In this document: positions 1 to 11,093 of the stretch, in pieces | Layout: each line of letters starts with the position of its first letter | Numbering within the stretch: position 1 is the stretch's first letter | Source of the DNA: Schmidtea polychroa | Lineage: Eukaryota | Direction of reading: 5' to 3' | NCBI GenBank assembly: GCA_044892525.1 | Contig: CM097885.1 | Span: 4,838,001 to 4,902,000 of the forward strand | Length of the DNA: 64,000 nt | The notes under the pieces: model-generated | Seen by the model: the letters and a program-made list of their open reading frames with translations, nothing else | Told to the model about the DNA's origin: nothing | Database searches by the model: none | Program-made: the position numbers and the translations under genes

Positions 1-1445
1 TTTTGCTCAAAGATTCAACTATCACAATTGAACATGGGAAAAGATATGGTCTTATTGGTAGCAATGGATCCGGTAAATCTATCCTATTCAAAGCCATTCA
101 AATGGGCTTATTCGACTTTCCAAAGGATTACACAATCGGAATTGTCGAAGAAGAATGTCTTGCTGATGGAACTAAAGTTGTCGAATGCTTTGTTGGTAAA
201 GATGAAGTTGAAGATTTCATGGTGAGATTTGCTGACGTGAAAAGCAGAGCTGTCAACAAGAAGAACAAAGATGTTGAAGTACCAAAACTCGTGAAAATAT
301 TAGATGGAATGGGATTTACTGCTGAAAAGATGAATGACCACGTTGGTAATTTATCTGGTGGTTGGAGAATGAAGATTAGTTTGGCAACTGTTCTGATGGC
401 TGAACCAGATCTTTTACTTTTAGATGAACCAACTAACATGTTGGACGATAGAACTATCAAATGGTTGTCGGGATTTTTGAAAGAATGGAAGACGAATTTA
501 TTTTTCATTTCTCATGACGGAGGCTTTTTATCTAACGTTGCAACGGATTTGTTATCAATTGAAAATAAAACTGTCGTACATTATGCTTGCAAATACTACG
601 AATGGTTGAGGAATCAAGAACTCGACAGAGATAAAGTTAGAAATCAAATCCAAGAACAAAAGGCACAGAAAGCTGAATTGATGGAATACATAAAAAAGTT
701 CGAAAAGACAAAAAAGAAAGAAGTCGCTGCTAAAAGACAACAAATAAAAAAGATGCCCGTCATTGATGAAAGTATTCTAGAACCGAGAGAAATCTGGAGA
801 TTTCCCGCTTGCTTGAAAATCAAGTGCGCTACAATTGAAACGAATGAAATGGGATTCAGTTTTGGTCCCGCTAAAGAAATATTTAGAAACATCACATTAC
901 GCGTTCAACCCGATTCTAAAATCTGCATCCTCGGAGACAACGGTTGCGGTAAAACTACTCTATTGAAGATCTTCATGAAAATCCTCAAACCCACCAATGG
1001 AAACATGTTCTTAAATGATCGAACAAATGTCGGCTACTTCAGCCAGCATTACGTCGACCATTTGGAACTGGATAAATCAGCAATTGAAATTATGCAGATC
1101 CGAGTTCCCAACTGCAAACTCGAAACTTATCAAAGTCATTTGTTGAAATTCGGAATCACAAGTGAAGATTGGAACATTCCCGTCAGATGTTTATCATCGG
1201 GACAAAAGTCAAGAGTAGCTTTCTCCACTATTTACATGCAGAAGCCTAACTTTTTGATTTTCGATGAACCGACAAGTCATTTGGATAAAGATGGAACTGA
1301 AGCTTTAGAAGATGCTTTGAGGAAATTCAAAGGAGGAGTTATTGTTGTTACTCACGATGGAAGGATGATGTCAAATGTTTGCAAGGATTTGTGGTACATC
1401 CAGAACAGAACTGTCAGCGTTGTTGAGGACGGCTGTATGATATAA
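1..1445 (+). CDS. ABCF: ABC-F family ATPase (GCN20/ABCF3-like), copy 1, 5' end cut by the window edge
   Basis: Two nucleotide-binding domains (GSNGSGKS/LSGGW/LLLLDEPTN and GDNGCGKT/LSSGQ/LIFDEPTSHLD), coiled-coil linker, no transmembrane segments, intronless. Matches the 539-aa copies from residue 60. Confidence 0.93.
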   Translation, partial: LLKDSTITIEHGKRYGLIGSNGSGKSILFKAIQMGLFDFPKDYTIGIVEEECLADGTKVVECFVGKDEVEDFMVRFADVKSRAVNKKNKDVEVPKLVKILDGMGFTAEKMNDHVGNLSGGWRMKISLATVLMAEPDLLLLDEPTNMLDDRTIKWLSGFLKEWKTNLFFISHDGGFLSNVATDLLSIENKTVVHYACKYYEWLRNQELDRDKVRNQIQEQKAQKAELMEYIKKFEKTKKKEVAAKRQQIKKMPVIDESILEPREIWRFPACLKIKCATIETNEMGFSFGPAKEIFRNITLRVQPDSKICILGDNGCGKTTLLKIFMKILKPTNGNMFLNDRTNVGYFSQHYVDHLELDKSAIEIMQIRVPNCKLETYQSHLLKFGITSEDWNIPVRCLSSGQKSRVAFSTIYMQKPNFLIFDEPTSHLDKDGTEALEDALRKFKGGVIVVTHDGRMMSNVCKDLWYIQNRTVSVVEDGCMI

Positions 1446-1879
1446 ATAAATGTTTAGATAAATTATTTCATTATTTCGCCTGTTTAACTTGTAAGCAATT
1501 AAATATTATATCTTTTTTATACTGTTGTTGATTTTGATCAAGTATGAAACGAACCTTATATAGTTCAACAAATGATCCGGTAGTTCCTTTGGTGTTACAT
1601 TTGAAAGGTTTATTGTAAGGTTAATAAAGAATTATTATTATTGTTTTATATTTTAATCTATTTATTTTTCGTATTAAACTGGTTAATTGATTAAAACAAA
1701 AAATTAATTTATTAGATCATTTTTTATGAAATTGGATCTAACATTTTTGATCCGAATCCCAAAAACAATTATTAAGCAAAAATAAAAGAATTTACGAATC
1801 AAATTTAAAATGAAACCTTGAAATATTGTTATTATCCTTATTATTATTATTATTGTATTAAGTCAAAATGAATAAAGGT

Positions 1880-1978
1880 TTTGTTCTTATCAATTTTCAT
1901 TTGCTTGACTCCAAGTTTATAAGCCAACAGAGCCTGTTCTCCAGTTTGGCCATATTTTGAAATCTTAGCTTCAAATTC
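1880..1978 (-). pseudogene. EEF1A: EF1-alpha gene fragment
   Basis: Manual translation EFEAKISKYGQTGEQALLAYKLGVKQMKI resembles eEF1A [29 protein letters not shown]. Confidence 0.8.
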
Positions 1979-2549
1979 TTCTAACACTCGCCTTGCGTTC
2001 ATATAAACCCGACTTCTCCTTTCGATAATCTCCTAGCGATGACGCTGTTATTAGAAGTTTCGAAAGCATTATAATCTCTCCAAATTGTTTCAATACGGAC
2101 CATTGGAATAACAATAGCCCAAATATAAATTCGACGTGTGGCAATTGTCTTTTGACTTTCAACATATTGACGTTTGACTTAAGTTGTTTTTAATAAATTC
2201 ATATAATCTGACCAAATAGGAAAAGATTTAAATCCAAACCCCTTTTTATTTACTGCATAATCATAAGCTTGAGCAATTCTTTCTTTGAACCTAGGAGTTT
2301 TGTTATCTTTATCTTTTATATGAGACAAATAAAGTTTTCTTAATTCGATGTGATAAGTACATATTCCTTTAATAGTTTTTCAACATTTTCAAACGCTTCA
2401 ACCTATTAACCGATTAAGCATTGGTCGACCTTCTTCAATAGATGTATTTGTACATCTCTAAATAAAACGTTCCATGCTTCCCATGGATTTTATTTAATTC
2501 AATCCTCGGCCATCAATATTTTATCAGGATTGCTAACTTTATTTTCCAT
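1970..2549 (-). pseudogene. CSTF3: CstF-77 (HAT-repeat cleavage stimulation factor) N-terminal pseudogene
   Basis: Manual translation gives EAWNVLFRDVQ, LYLSHIKDKDNKTPRFKERIAQAYDYAVNKKG, PIWSDYMNLLK, IPMVRIETIWRDYNAFE and RSRVYMNARRVLEEFE, collinear with CstF-77 motifs (AQAYDFALDKIG, LWRDYNKYE, DYMNARRV). Contains stops and frameshifts. Confidence 0.85.
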
Positions 2550-3104
2550 ATTCAAAACAAGTTCCAACATATATGTTTTTTAAACAAAAATTCATAATAT
2601 AATTTCTCACATTCAGGAAAATTCTAATACATTAAATTCCAAAATCAATTCGAATCACCTCAAACACATTGTCCACGCCTGTGTGCGCACACATTCATGA
2701 AACAACAACGCCCAAACAGACGCAATAAAAATGACCAAAGATAAATCACCATTCCACGCGTCTGTGTGCCTGACACAATAACCACCACAGTAGTACACAG
2801 GCGTGAGGCCGAATTCATACAGCCAGTCAGATGGAGCAGTCATTCCCTCATCTGACTGGTCGAATCAATTATCATAAGTATTATTAGAATTCTCATCCGT
2901 TAAAACATTAATATCTGTTTGCAAATCACTAAATAATTCATAAATTTTAGTTAATATATTATAAACTCGTTCTTTCTTTTTGTTTCTTATTTAAACAAAT
3001 AAATTTCAATCTTTCTTTTAAAATATTTTTCGATAAAAATATTTTTAAAATTTAACAAAATTTCTAATAAAACTTTTAGAATCTTTCATCTTCCTCATAA
3101 GTAC

Positions 3105-3201
<97 letters not shown>

Positions 3202-3202
3202 T
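3105..3202. repeat. (ATT)n microsatellite
   Basis: Direct reading. Confidence 0.95.
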
Positions 3203-3442
3203 TGTAATCTCAGCGGTATAAGTTATAATAATAAGTGTAAATATTATACAAATTATTATAAGAATTATTAATTATAAAATATATTTTATAAATATTAAAT
3301 TATTAGCAAAACAAATAATGTTGTAAAGTTTATGAATGTTTATTTTTTCCTTTTGGTATAAATTAATGTATTGTATGAAGAATTATTATTCATTATTGAT
3401 ATTAACATAGTTATTGGTATTGTTAATAATATTATTTAATTA

Positions 3443-3735
3443 CTAGTTAATTGCAAGGCGCCTAAGGCGCCCGTTGACAAATAATTTACTCAATCAGAAT
3501 CATACGGAATCAAACATTCTAATCCTAATCTAAATCACTTACAAAAATATCATAATGTTCCCCTCAAATTTCATGCACACAGATATATTATAAGCAGTTT
3601 ATTTTGGCTCTTGATAACTGATATTGAATAATTTTTTAATCATACATAATTGTTTTAATCACTTTTATTGATTCATTAGAATATGTACAAAATTATATCA
3701 AATAAACAAAATGATAAAATAAACTGCTTACAATA

Positions 3736-3810
<75 letters not shown>

Positions 3811-3995
3811 TTTTATTATTATTATTATTATCATTATTATTATTATTATTATATGAAAATAAACTACTTACAATTGTAAATGATATATCATTTGTAAACA
3901 CACAATTTTAAATGATATCAACCAATCAGCGAGCGTTATAGAATCAGTCAGTGAATCAGTCAGTGAATCAGTGATGAGCGTAATTATATAATAGA
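3443..3995 (-). mobile_element. Non-autonomous Helitron-like element
   Basis: Minus strand starts TCTATTATATA with CTGA/TCAC microrepeats and ends with a GGCGCC-TTA-GGCGCC hairpin followed by CTAG|T. Internal (ATT)n at about 3737-3852. Confidence 0.65.
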
Positions 3996-4418
3996 ATTAT
4001 TTGTTATTATTATGATTATTAGTAGTATTATTAGCTGTATTAGTAAAACATAGTGATAATGGTGACAACAAACACAAAATTTATTTGTCTAAACCTTTAT
4101 GATATAATATCCTTCGGAGTGTTTTCTTGTTTTCTATCGTTAGGATTATTGTTATTTCATTGTTTTTATGCTGATTAGCATTATTATTCTTATTGTAGTA
4201 TCAAGGTGATCGCGGATAATATATAAGTAAGATAGGTAGGTAAGGGTTAAAATATCGAAATAACCAGTATCTTTAATACAGCAATAGACTCCAATAATTA
4301 TGGAAAGGTTATAATTATTTCATATTACGGGTTAAAAAATAATAACATAAAGATTCAAAATAACTAAATCTCAAAATTTTTACCTAATTCGAGGATGAAT
4401 TTTTTAATGGGGGAGATA

Positions 4419-5023
4419 TGTTGAGGATACCTAAATAACAAATTTATAAATAAATTAATAGAATTACTTGGGGAAAGATCGTCATGACAAATTGTGACGA
4501 TCTATGGGAACTCGGAGATGAAAACAAAAGTAAAAAGAAATAAAAAGTGAGAAAGATAAATCAAATAAAAGAAAACCAACAAGTAATTAAAACAAAGGTC
4601 ATTGTTAATTAAGATGTGCAAACGAAGGAGGAATTTCAAATTCCAGAAAACAAAAATATGGGAAAAGCCGTATTTTGACTGTTTGTTAAATATAGCGAAA
4701 TAGCAGGAAAAGTCGGCACAATAAAAAAAGAGAAAAAACAGGACATATCTGGATATCTGTCAGAGAAAAGGCAGAAATAGCGGGGAATACAGAGACAAAA
4801 AGAAAAGGAAAAACAAAATTATCTCAAGTACCGCAAATCAGGCAATCTATAAAAAGAAGACACAGATATTAGAGTTAGTCAGAAGAAAGTTAGAGAGTTA
4901 GAATTAGAAGGAGAGTTAAATTTAGAGAATTTAAAGAAAATAAATCGAGAATTAACAAGAGAGTTAAAGGAGAATTAAATGGAGTGAATCCAGAGTGACG
5001 GAAGAGAACTGTTGTTAATAAAC
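4419..5023 (+). mobile_element. Left part of an LTR (Ty3/gypsy-like) interrupted by the Polinton
   Basis: Polypurine tract AATGGGGGAGATA immediately before TGTTGAGGAT. Upstream DNA reads PNSRMNFLMGEIC*, like a gypsy pol C-terminus. Purine-rich body. Confidence 0.5.
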
Positions 5024-5288
5024 AGTAGTGAGGAATCTATGCACCCCAGCACCCCCACCCTCAAAAAAAACAGCGCTATTGACCCATATTTTCCACATTT
5101 ATATATGCTTTTTTACCCCATATTCTTCACTTTTTTTAACTTTTAAACTTTGTCCCCTATTGCCATTAACCCTTAATTTCTTCCCTTAAAAGTAAAAAAG
5201 TTCGGAATAGATGTATTTATAGATTAGTAATTCCGAGAAAAGGTAACGGGGTGCATAGATTCCTCACTACTTGGTTTTAAGGATTTAA
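5024..5288 (+). repeat. Polinton left TIR
   Basis: Reverse complement of 19282-19543 apart from homopolymer-length differences and a few substitutions. Followed by tandem TAAGGATT(T) repeats to about 5347. Confidence 0.95.
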
Positions 5289-5408
5289 GGATTTAAAGGA
5301 TTTAAGGATTTAAAGGATTTAAGGATTTAACGTTATAAGGATTTAAAAATTAATAAAAATTAATATCAAAACCAAAACATCGTATCCAACCAAAAAATTC
5401 TTTTAAAA

Positions 5409-8400
5409 ATGGAAGCTATTTTCAATTGTGAAATTTGTGAAAAATATTTTAAAAATAAAACTGCTTTAACATCTCATAAAAAATCAAAAGACCATTTAAT
5501 AAAAGCTAACACACTAGATGACACTAATTCCAAAATCTGTACTAAATGTAAAGATAGATATTTATTTTCAGGTTATAAGAAACATTTTAAAAATTGTATT
5601 GGAGTTCCTAAAAACAGAGAAATATTCGAATGTTCAGCATGTGGAAAAAAGATGAGGATAAAATCTTTTTACTTAAGACACATAGAAGATTGTGGTCTTG
5701 AAGCAAAAGATTCTGATTCAAACTCAATGACTGAAAAAGCTGAAAAACTAGAGTTTAATTGGGATGACTTCAATCACACCGATGTAATTGCAGAAGTAAA
5801 ACGAGGACCCAGATCAATCATGCAATATATAAGAGAAAATAAAAAAAAAATAATATCATCAATGGATGATGCTATAAAAAAATTTGGTAGATCAAGATTT
5901 AATGTTATAAAAGTTAAATTTACAGGAAATGCAAAATACTGGAGAGGAGATGATTCGATCGCAATGCCTCTAGATGTAAAAATTGAAACCTCATATAAAT
6001 ATTTATTTTCTACAAAAGCAGGAAATAAACTTGTTAATGATATAGCTAAAGAATTGGAAGAAAAACAAGAACAGGTGGAACAAGAACTAGGAGAATCTAA
6101 TTTAAGATTCCACTCTTTTCAAAACATAGAGATTGAATACTGGAGAGGTGCACCACCAAATCCTAAATCTTTTATTCATACACCATTCACCTCCAACCAT
6201 GTTATAAATGTACAGAATAAAGATAATAAATGTTTTCAATGGTCAATACTTGCACACTTACATCCTCAAGCAACTAACCCACAGAGAGTTCAAAAATATG
6301 AAGAATATGAATCTGAATTAATATATCCAAAAGATTTTTCCCACCCAATGAAAATTGAAGATGTTCCAGCATTTGAAAAATTAAATAATCTTAAAATTAA
6401 TATTTATCAATTCATTCCAACCAAAATTACAAAAACTAGAAAAAATAAAAATTATAAACAAATTATTCCTATTTACATTTCTAATATGGAAATCTCAGAT
6501 GAAAAGAGAGAAGTAGATCTTTTAATATTAGAAGAAGGTAAAGCAGACGAAGAGTTTGATGGAGAAGAATATGGTGAAGAGGTTCAAAGTATTCACCCGA
6601 AGGTTATGGAAGCAGAAGAAGGCATTTCATTAGAACCAGAAGCAGAAAGCACTGCGTCCGGAGGCACTATGTTAGATAAAAAACTTCATTATATCTTAAT
6701 AAAGAATTTTCAAAGTTTTATGAAAGGAAACACACTCATTCGTGGAGGCATATGTTGTAAAAGATGTTTATATCATTCAACTTCAAAACTTGCTGCTATT
6801 AAACATGAGAGACTCTGTTGTAAGAATCAACCTGCTTTAATAAAAATGCCACACAAGAAAAATGCTAATATGAGGTTTAAAAACTATTCCAATCTATTAG
6901 AAGCATTGGGAGTGGTTTATTGTGATTTTGAAGCTATAAATGTAAAACTAAGACGAACAAAAACTAATACTGTAAAACTAACAAAACAATTACCCTCTGC
7001 TTATAAAATGTTTTTCAAAAGTAATTATCCAGAACTTGTAGAATCTAGAGAATATTCATTTAGGGGAACTTCTGACAAAGAGACTCTAGACCATTTTGTT
7101 GAAACTTTAAATAATCTAGAACATGAATTATATATAATATTAAAATCCAACTTTCCTATGAATTTTTCAGAAGAACAAGAGGAAGAATATAAAAATGCAA
7201 CACACTGCTGGATGTGCAAACAAGAGTTTGAGGATGAGGAGTCAACTAGTGAACTAAAGGTTCCTGACCATGATCATTTTAAAATAGAAAATAATTACAG
7301 AGGAGCGGCCCATAAAAATTGTAATCTCAATTGTAAAAAACCAACACACATACCATTTATATTTCACAATCTTTTTGGCTATGATATTCACCTGTTCATT
7401 AAACATCTAGCTGCAAATGCTAAAAACTCTTTCAAGGTTATTGGACTTACAAAAGAAAAATATAAAAGCATTCAATATGGATGCTTTAAGTTTTTGGACT
7501 CCTTAAATTTCTTAGGGATGTCTTTGGATGGCATTGCAAAAACTATGAACCCTGAGGATTTTAAATATACAAAAGAACATGTGTTATTAAAAAACAATAT
7601 TCCATTAGAGGAATATAATACCTGTCTAGCAAAAGGAATCTATCCATATGATTATATAGACTCCTTTGAAAAATATAATGAATTACTCCCAGCTCAAGAA
7701 GATTTCTTTTCTGTTTTAACACAATCAGGGATTTCTGATCAGGAATATTCCCGTGCACTTAAAATGTGGAATCTTTTCAACTGTAGAAACCTTGGAGAAT
7801 ATACTGACATGTATCTTTCCTTAGATGTTTATATCTTAGCTGATTGCTTCGAGACATTTTCAAAAGCTTTTGAATTAAAACCTTATAATTATATAACCGC
7901 TCCCTCTCTAGCTTGGGATATATTATTATATACCATATGGACTGATGAAGATGTAGCAGTAAGAAATAAAACTATTGAATTATTAGTTGACCTTGATATG
8001 TTTAATGTATATAAACATAATATTAGAGGAGGTATTTCTTCAGTACAAGGGAATAGAGAAATAAATGCTAATAATTTTACAACTCTTTATCCTAAATTTT
8101 TCAAAGATACTGATGCTCTATATGTAGAAATAACAAACCCAGAAGATCGTGAGGAAATACTGGAAGGTCTTTCTAATCCTTCTGAAATAATGTATATAGA
8201 TGCAACAGCTTTATATGCAGGAGTAATGACTCAATACCTTCCAATTGGCAAGTTCACCTGGGAAGAGCCCACTGAGGAATTAATACAAGAAATTCTAAAA
8301 ACACCAAAGAATTCACAATATGGATATGTCATAGAATGCGATCTTGAATATCCCAATGAAATAAAATCCAGGACAAGATTCTTTCCATTTGCTCCAGTAA

Positions 8401-9800
8401 GAAGAAAGATCTCGACTGAAGAACTTTCAGACTGGCAGATGGCTCAGGATAGATCGCCCTGTATAAAACTTTTATGCGATCAGACCGATAAAACTGATTA
8501 CCTTTGTCATTATAGACTCCTTCAGTTTTATCTCTCCCATGGAATGGTTTTAAAAAAAGTACATTCCATTATTAAATTTCGACAAGCCCCTTTTATGAAA
8601 AAATTCATAGAGGGAAATATTTTGAAAAGAAATGCAGCAAAGAGAGCTGGAAATGCATTTCTTGATATGATTTACAAACTCCTGAACAATGCGGTCTTTG
8701 GAAAGACCATGCAGAATATAGACAAGTACACACGTGTAGAGCTTTTGACCAATACATCCAAAGACCTTAATAGGTACAACCGGATAATTGGAAAGCCCAC
8801 ATTTAAAAATGCCGAGATATTCTCTAGTAACCTTATAGCTATAGAGATTAAAAACTCTGTAAAAACTTATAATAAACCAATCTTTATAGGTTTTTCAATT
8901 TTAGAACTTTCAAAGCTTCAAATGTATGAGACCTACTATGATGTTCTAGTACCCCATTTTGGAGATCGAATATCCATGCATGCTATGGACACTGATAGTA
9001 TGTTTTTAAAAGGTCATAGTAAAGATTTAAAAAAGGAAATAAGTGAAAACGAAACCTTAAATAAATTAATAAACAACTCTGGAGAATTATTTACTTTTAA
9101 AGATGAAAAACCAAATACTCCAATAACTGGAGGAGTGTTTATTAGACCTAAACAATATTCTCTTGAAATGAAAGACAAACCAATTATGAAAGAGCATACA
9201 ATAAAATTTATAATAGGGGAGGGAGAAGGATCTGTTGAAATAGATCACACATTTGAATATCCTTCATTCCCTGAAAACCCGAAAAGCTATAAAGAAAATA
9301 AAAGTAAAGGAATTCAAAAATCAGTGTCAAAAACCTTCACACATCAAGAGTATAAAGATTCATTAAATATAAATAAAAATAAAATTGCTAAAACCCATCA
9401 TCTTAAATCAGAGAAACATAATATATATCTTGAAGAGTGTAACAAGATTGCTATAACAAATTATGATGATAAAAGATTTATACTTTCTGACTTGAAGACA
9501 ACATTACCTATTGGAAATGATTTAATCCCTATAATAAAAAATCTTGATAAAATAAATGAAATTTATAACCTAGAGATTACAGACCTTCAACTTGCTAAAG
9601 TAGAAATCCAATATCCTGAAATATTAATTCCTAAACCTTTATATAATCAAGTTCAAAATATAAAACCTATAGAACTTAAATATTTTAATACTGATCCTGA
9701 ATATATCCAAGGACTAACACCAGAAGACTTTAAATCACATAAATTAATGTTAAAAAGCATTACTGCAGAAATAATTATAAATCAATTACGACTGGTCTAG
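5409..9800 (+). CDS. pPolB: Protein-primed family B DNA polymerase (1463 aa) with N-terminal C2H2 fingers, vOTU-like region and endonuclease VII-like insertion
   Basis: Exonuclease motifs YCDFE and FHNLFGYD; polymerase motifs YIDATALY, YKLLNNAVFGK, MDTDS; DNKCF...HYILI (vOTU-like); CWMC...DHDH...YRGAAHKNCN (EndoVII-like). Confidence 0.97.
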   Translation: MEAIFNCEICEKYFKNKTALTSHKKSKDHLIKANTLDDTNSKICTKCKDRYLFSGYKKHFKNCIGVPKNREIFECSACGKKMRIKSFYLRHIEDCGLEAKDSDSNSMTEKAEKLEFNWDDFNHTDVIAEVKRGPRSIMQYIRENKKKIISSMDDAIKKFGRSRFNVIKVKFTGNAKYWRGDDSIAMPLDVKIETSYKYLFSTKAGNKLVNDIAKELEEKQEQVEQELGESNLRFHSFQNIEIEYWRGAPPNPKSFIHTPFTSNHVINVQNKDNKCFQWSILAHLHPQATNPQRVQKYEEYESELIYPKDFSHPMKIEDVPAFEKLNNLKINIYQFIPTKITKTRKNKNYKQIIPIYISNMEISDEKREVDLLILEEGKADEEFDGEEYGEEVQSIHPKVMEAEEGISLEPEAESTASGGTMLDKKLHYILIKNFQSFMKGNTLIRGGICCKRCLYHSTSKLAAIKHERLCCKNQPALIKMPHKKNANMRFKNYSNLLEALGVVYCDFEAINVKLRRTKTNTVKLTKQLPSAYKMFFKSNYPELVESREYSFRGTSDKETLDHFVETLNNLEHELYIILKSNFPMNFSEEQEEEYKNATHCWMCKQEFEDEESTSELKVPDHDHFKIENNYRGAAHKNCNLNCKKPTHIPFIFHNLFGYDIHLFIKHLAANAKNSFKVIGLTKEKYKSIQYGCFKFLDSLNFLGMSLDGIAKTMNPEDFKYTKEHVLLKNNIPLEEYNTCLAKGIYPYDYIDSFEKYNELLPAQEDFFSVLTQSGISDQEYSRALKMWNLFNCRNLGEYTDMYLSLDVYILADCFETFSKAFELKPYNYITAPSLAWDILLYTIWTDEDVAVRNKTIELLVDLDMFNVYKHNIRGGISSVQGNREINANNFTTLYPKFFKDTDALYVEITNPEDREEILEGLSNPSEIMYIDATALYAGVMTQYLPIGKFTWEEPTEELIQEILKTPKNSQYGYVIECDLEYPNEIKSRTRFFPFAPVRRKISTEELSDWQMAQDRSPCIKLLCDQTDKTDYLCHYRLLQFYLSHGMVLKKVHSIIKFRQAPFMKKFIEGNILKRNAAKRAGNAFLDMIYKLLNNAVFGKTMQNIDKYTRVELLTNTSKDLNRYNRIIGKPTFKNAEIFSSNLIAIEIKNSVKTYNKPIFIGFSILELSKLQMYETYYDVLVPHFGDRISMHAMDTDSMFLKGHSKDLKKEISENETLNKLINNSGELFTFKDEKPNTPITGGVFIRPKQYSLEMKDKPIMKEHTIKFIIGEGEGSVEIDHTFEYPSFPENPKSYKENKSKGIQKSVSKTFTHQEYKDSLNINKNKIAKTHHLKSEKHNIYLEECNKIAITNYDDKRFILSDLKTTLPIGNDLIPIIKNLDKINEIYNLEITDLQLAKVEIQYPEILIPKPLYNQVQNIKPIELKYFNTDPEYIQGLTPEDFKSHKLMLKSITAEIIINQLRLV

Positions 9801-9824
9801 GAATTAGAATTTTAACACTATAAA

Positions 9825-10379
9825 ATGATGGAAACTAAAAATCAAGAAAATAACATTTTTGAAATTATAAAAAATATTACTAATTTAAAGGATAACAGAT
9901 GTAAAGGAATACAGAGAGTGGTTGCAAAAAATCTTTCTCATCAAGATTATATAGATACATTGAATCCAAATCATAAAGATAAAATTGATGAAATACATCA
10001 ACTTAAAAGTGAAAACCATGATATTCACTTGATAGAATCTCAAAAAATATCATTATCAAATTATGATGATAAGAGATTCATACTAAGTGATTTAAAGACA
10101 ACTCTACCTATTGGAAATAATTTAATCCCTATAATAAAAAATCTAGAAAAGTTGAATAAGTTATATGATACAAAGATTACTGATCTTGATATTTATAATG
10201 TTGAAATTATTTATCCCGGGAGAGAAATCGAGAAACCTTTATATTCTCAAGTTTTTAATCCTATATGTTTAGAACTTAAATATTTTAATACTGATCCTGA
10301 ATATATAAAAGGTCTAAGTGATAAAGAATTTAAAGATCATAAATTAATGATTCATAGGTTGGCTTTCAACCATAACTGA
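9825..10379 (+). CDS. Stand-alone paralog of the pPolB C-terminal (thumb plus tail) region, 184 aa
   Basis: Shares KGIQ, NYDDKRFILSDLKTTLPIGN and ELKYFNTDPEYI with the last ~165 aa of pPolB. Has its own TAAAATG start. Confidence 0.85.
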   Translation: MMETKNQENNIFEIIKNITNLKDNRCKGIQRVVAKNLSHQDYIDTLNPNHKDKIDEIHQLKSENHDIHLIESQKISLSNYDDKRFILSDLKTTLPIGNNLIPIIKNLEKLNKLYDTKITDLDIYNVEIIYPGREIEKPLYSQVFNPICLELKYFNTDPEYIKGLSDKEFKDHKLMIHRLAFNHN

Positions 10380-10473
10380 AACCAACGATATTTAATTTTT
10401 TAATAATAAAATGTCGACAATTAATTTAAGCAACTATAGCAACCTGATCTACTTTTTTAAAAATACACCCATT

Positions 10474-11085
10474 TTATAAGTAAGAATTCTTTAACCATTT
10501 TTCTCGAGATGTTTTTTTATTACTTATAACATTAGCCACCATGCCCTCCCTTTTTAATCTTATAACCTCATTCTTTATATCTTGTATTATTTGATTTGAT
10601 TTCATTATTTCTTCGTCTGTCAGGATTCCATCTTCCAAAGCTTTTAATTGAAATAAAAATAATTTAGAGATTCCTAATTCTATTGATAAACAAACTTCTC
10701 TATATAAACTTTTCTTTTTAGAAGTATAAGATAATGAAACTATTTCAGTTAAGAAACCATCAGCCACAGAAATACTTCCAAGTATTACAGGTGCAAGAGT
10801 AACAACTGGTAAAGTTATGGGTAAAATAACTGTTAATATTGCAGATGCAAATCCTAAAGAATAACCTATAACTTTTAAAACTGTATTCCTTTTATTCCAT
10901 CTATTTTTAATTTTTTTATAATGCTCTAATAAATCTTGTAAATGTAAGGTTTCTGATTTAAATTCTTTTACTCTCATAATTTCAAGTTCTGTGGGAGCCG
11001 AGGCCTTGGAACCTTTGTGACCTTCGGAATAATATCCTGATGATCTCAATTCTGGGTAAATTTTTTCTTCTCTTACTTCTTCCAT
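10474..11085 (-). CDS. Polinton membrane-associated protein (203 aa)
   Basis: N-terminal IYPEL, coiled coil, then a long hydrophobic hairpin VIGYSLGFASAILTVILPITLPVVTLAPVILG. Lies in the virion gene block. Confidence 0.7.
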   Translation of the reverse strand: MEEVREEKIYPELRSSGYYSEGHKGSKASAPTELEIMRVKEFKSETLHLQDLLEHYKKIKNRWNKRNTVLKVIGYSLGFASAILTVILPITLPVVTLAPVILGSISVADGFLTEIVSLSYTSKKKSLYREVCLSIELGISKLFLFQLKALEDGILTDEEIMKSNQIIQDIKNEVIRLKREGMVANVISNKKTSREKWLKNSYL

Positions 11086-11093
11086 TTTAATAA

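Noticed and set aside
28..895. Short overlapping or antisense ORFs on ABC-F and on Polinton genes (e.g. 11776, 13344, 15900)
   Set aside because: Shadow frames of real genes with no independent motifs; they recur only because the DNA is duplicated.
2655..2860. GC-richer patch with a 62-aa ORF and an imperfect CCACGC-TGTGTGC repeat
   Set aside because: No recognisable family or structure.
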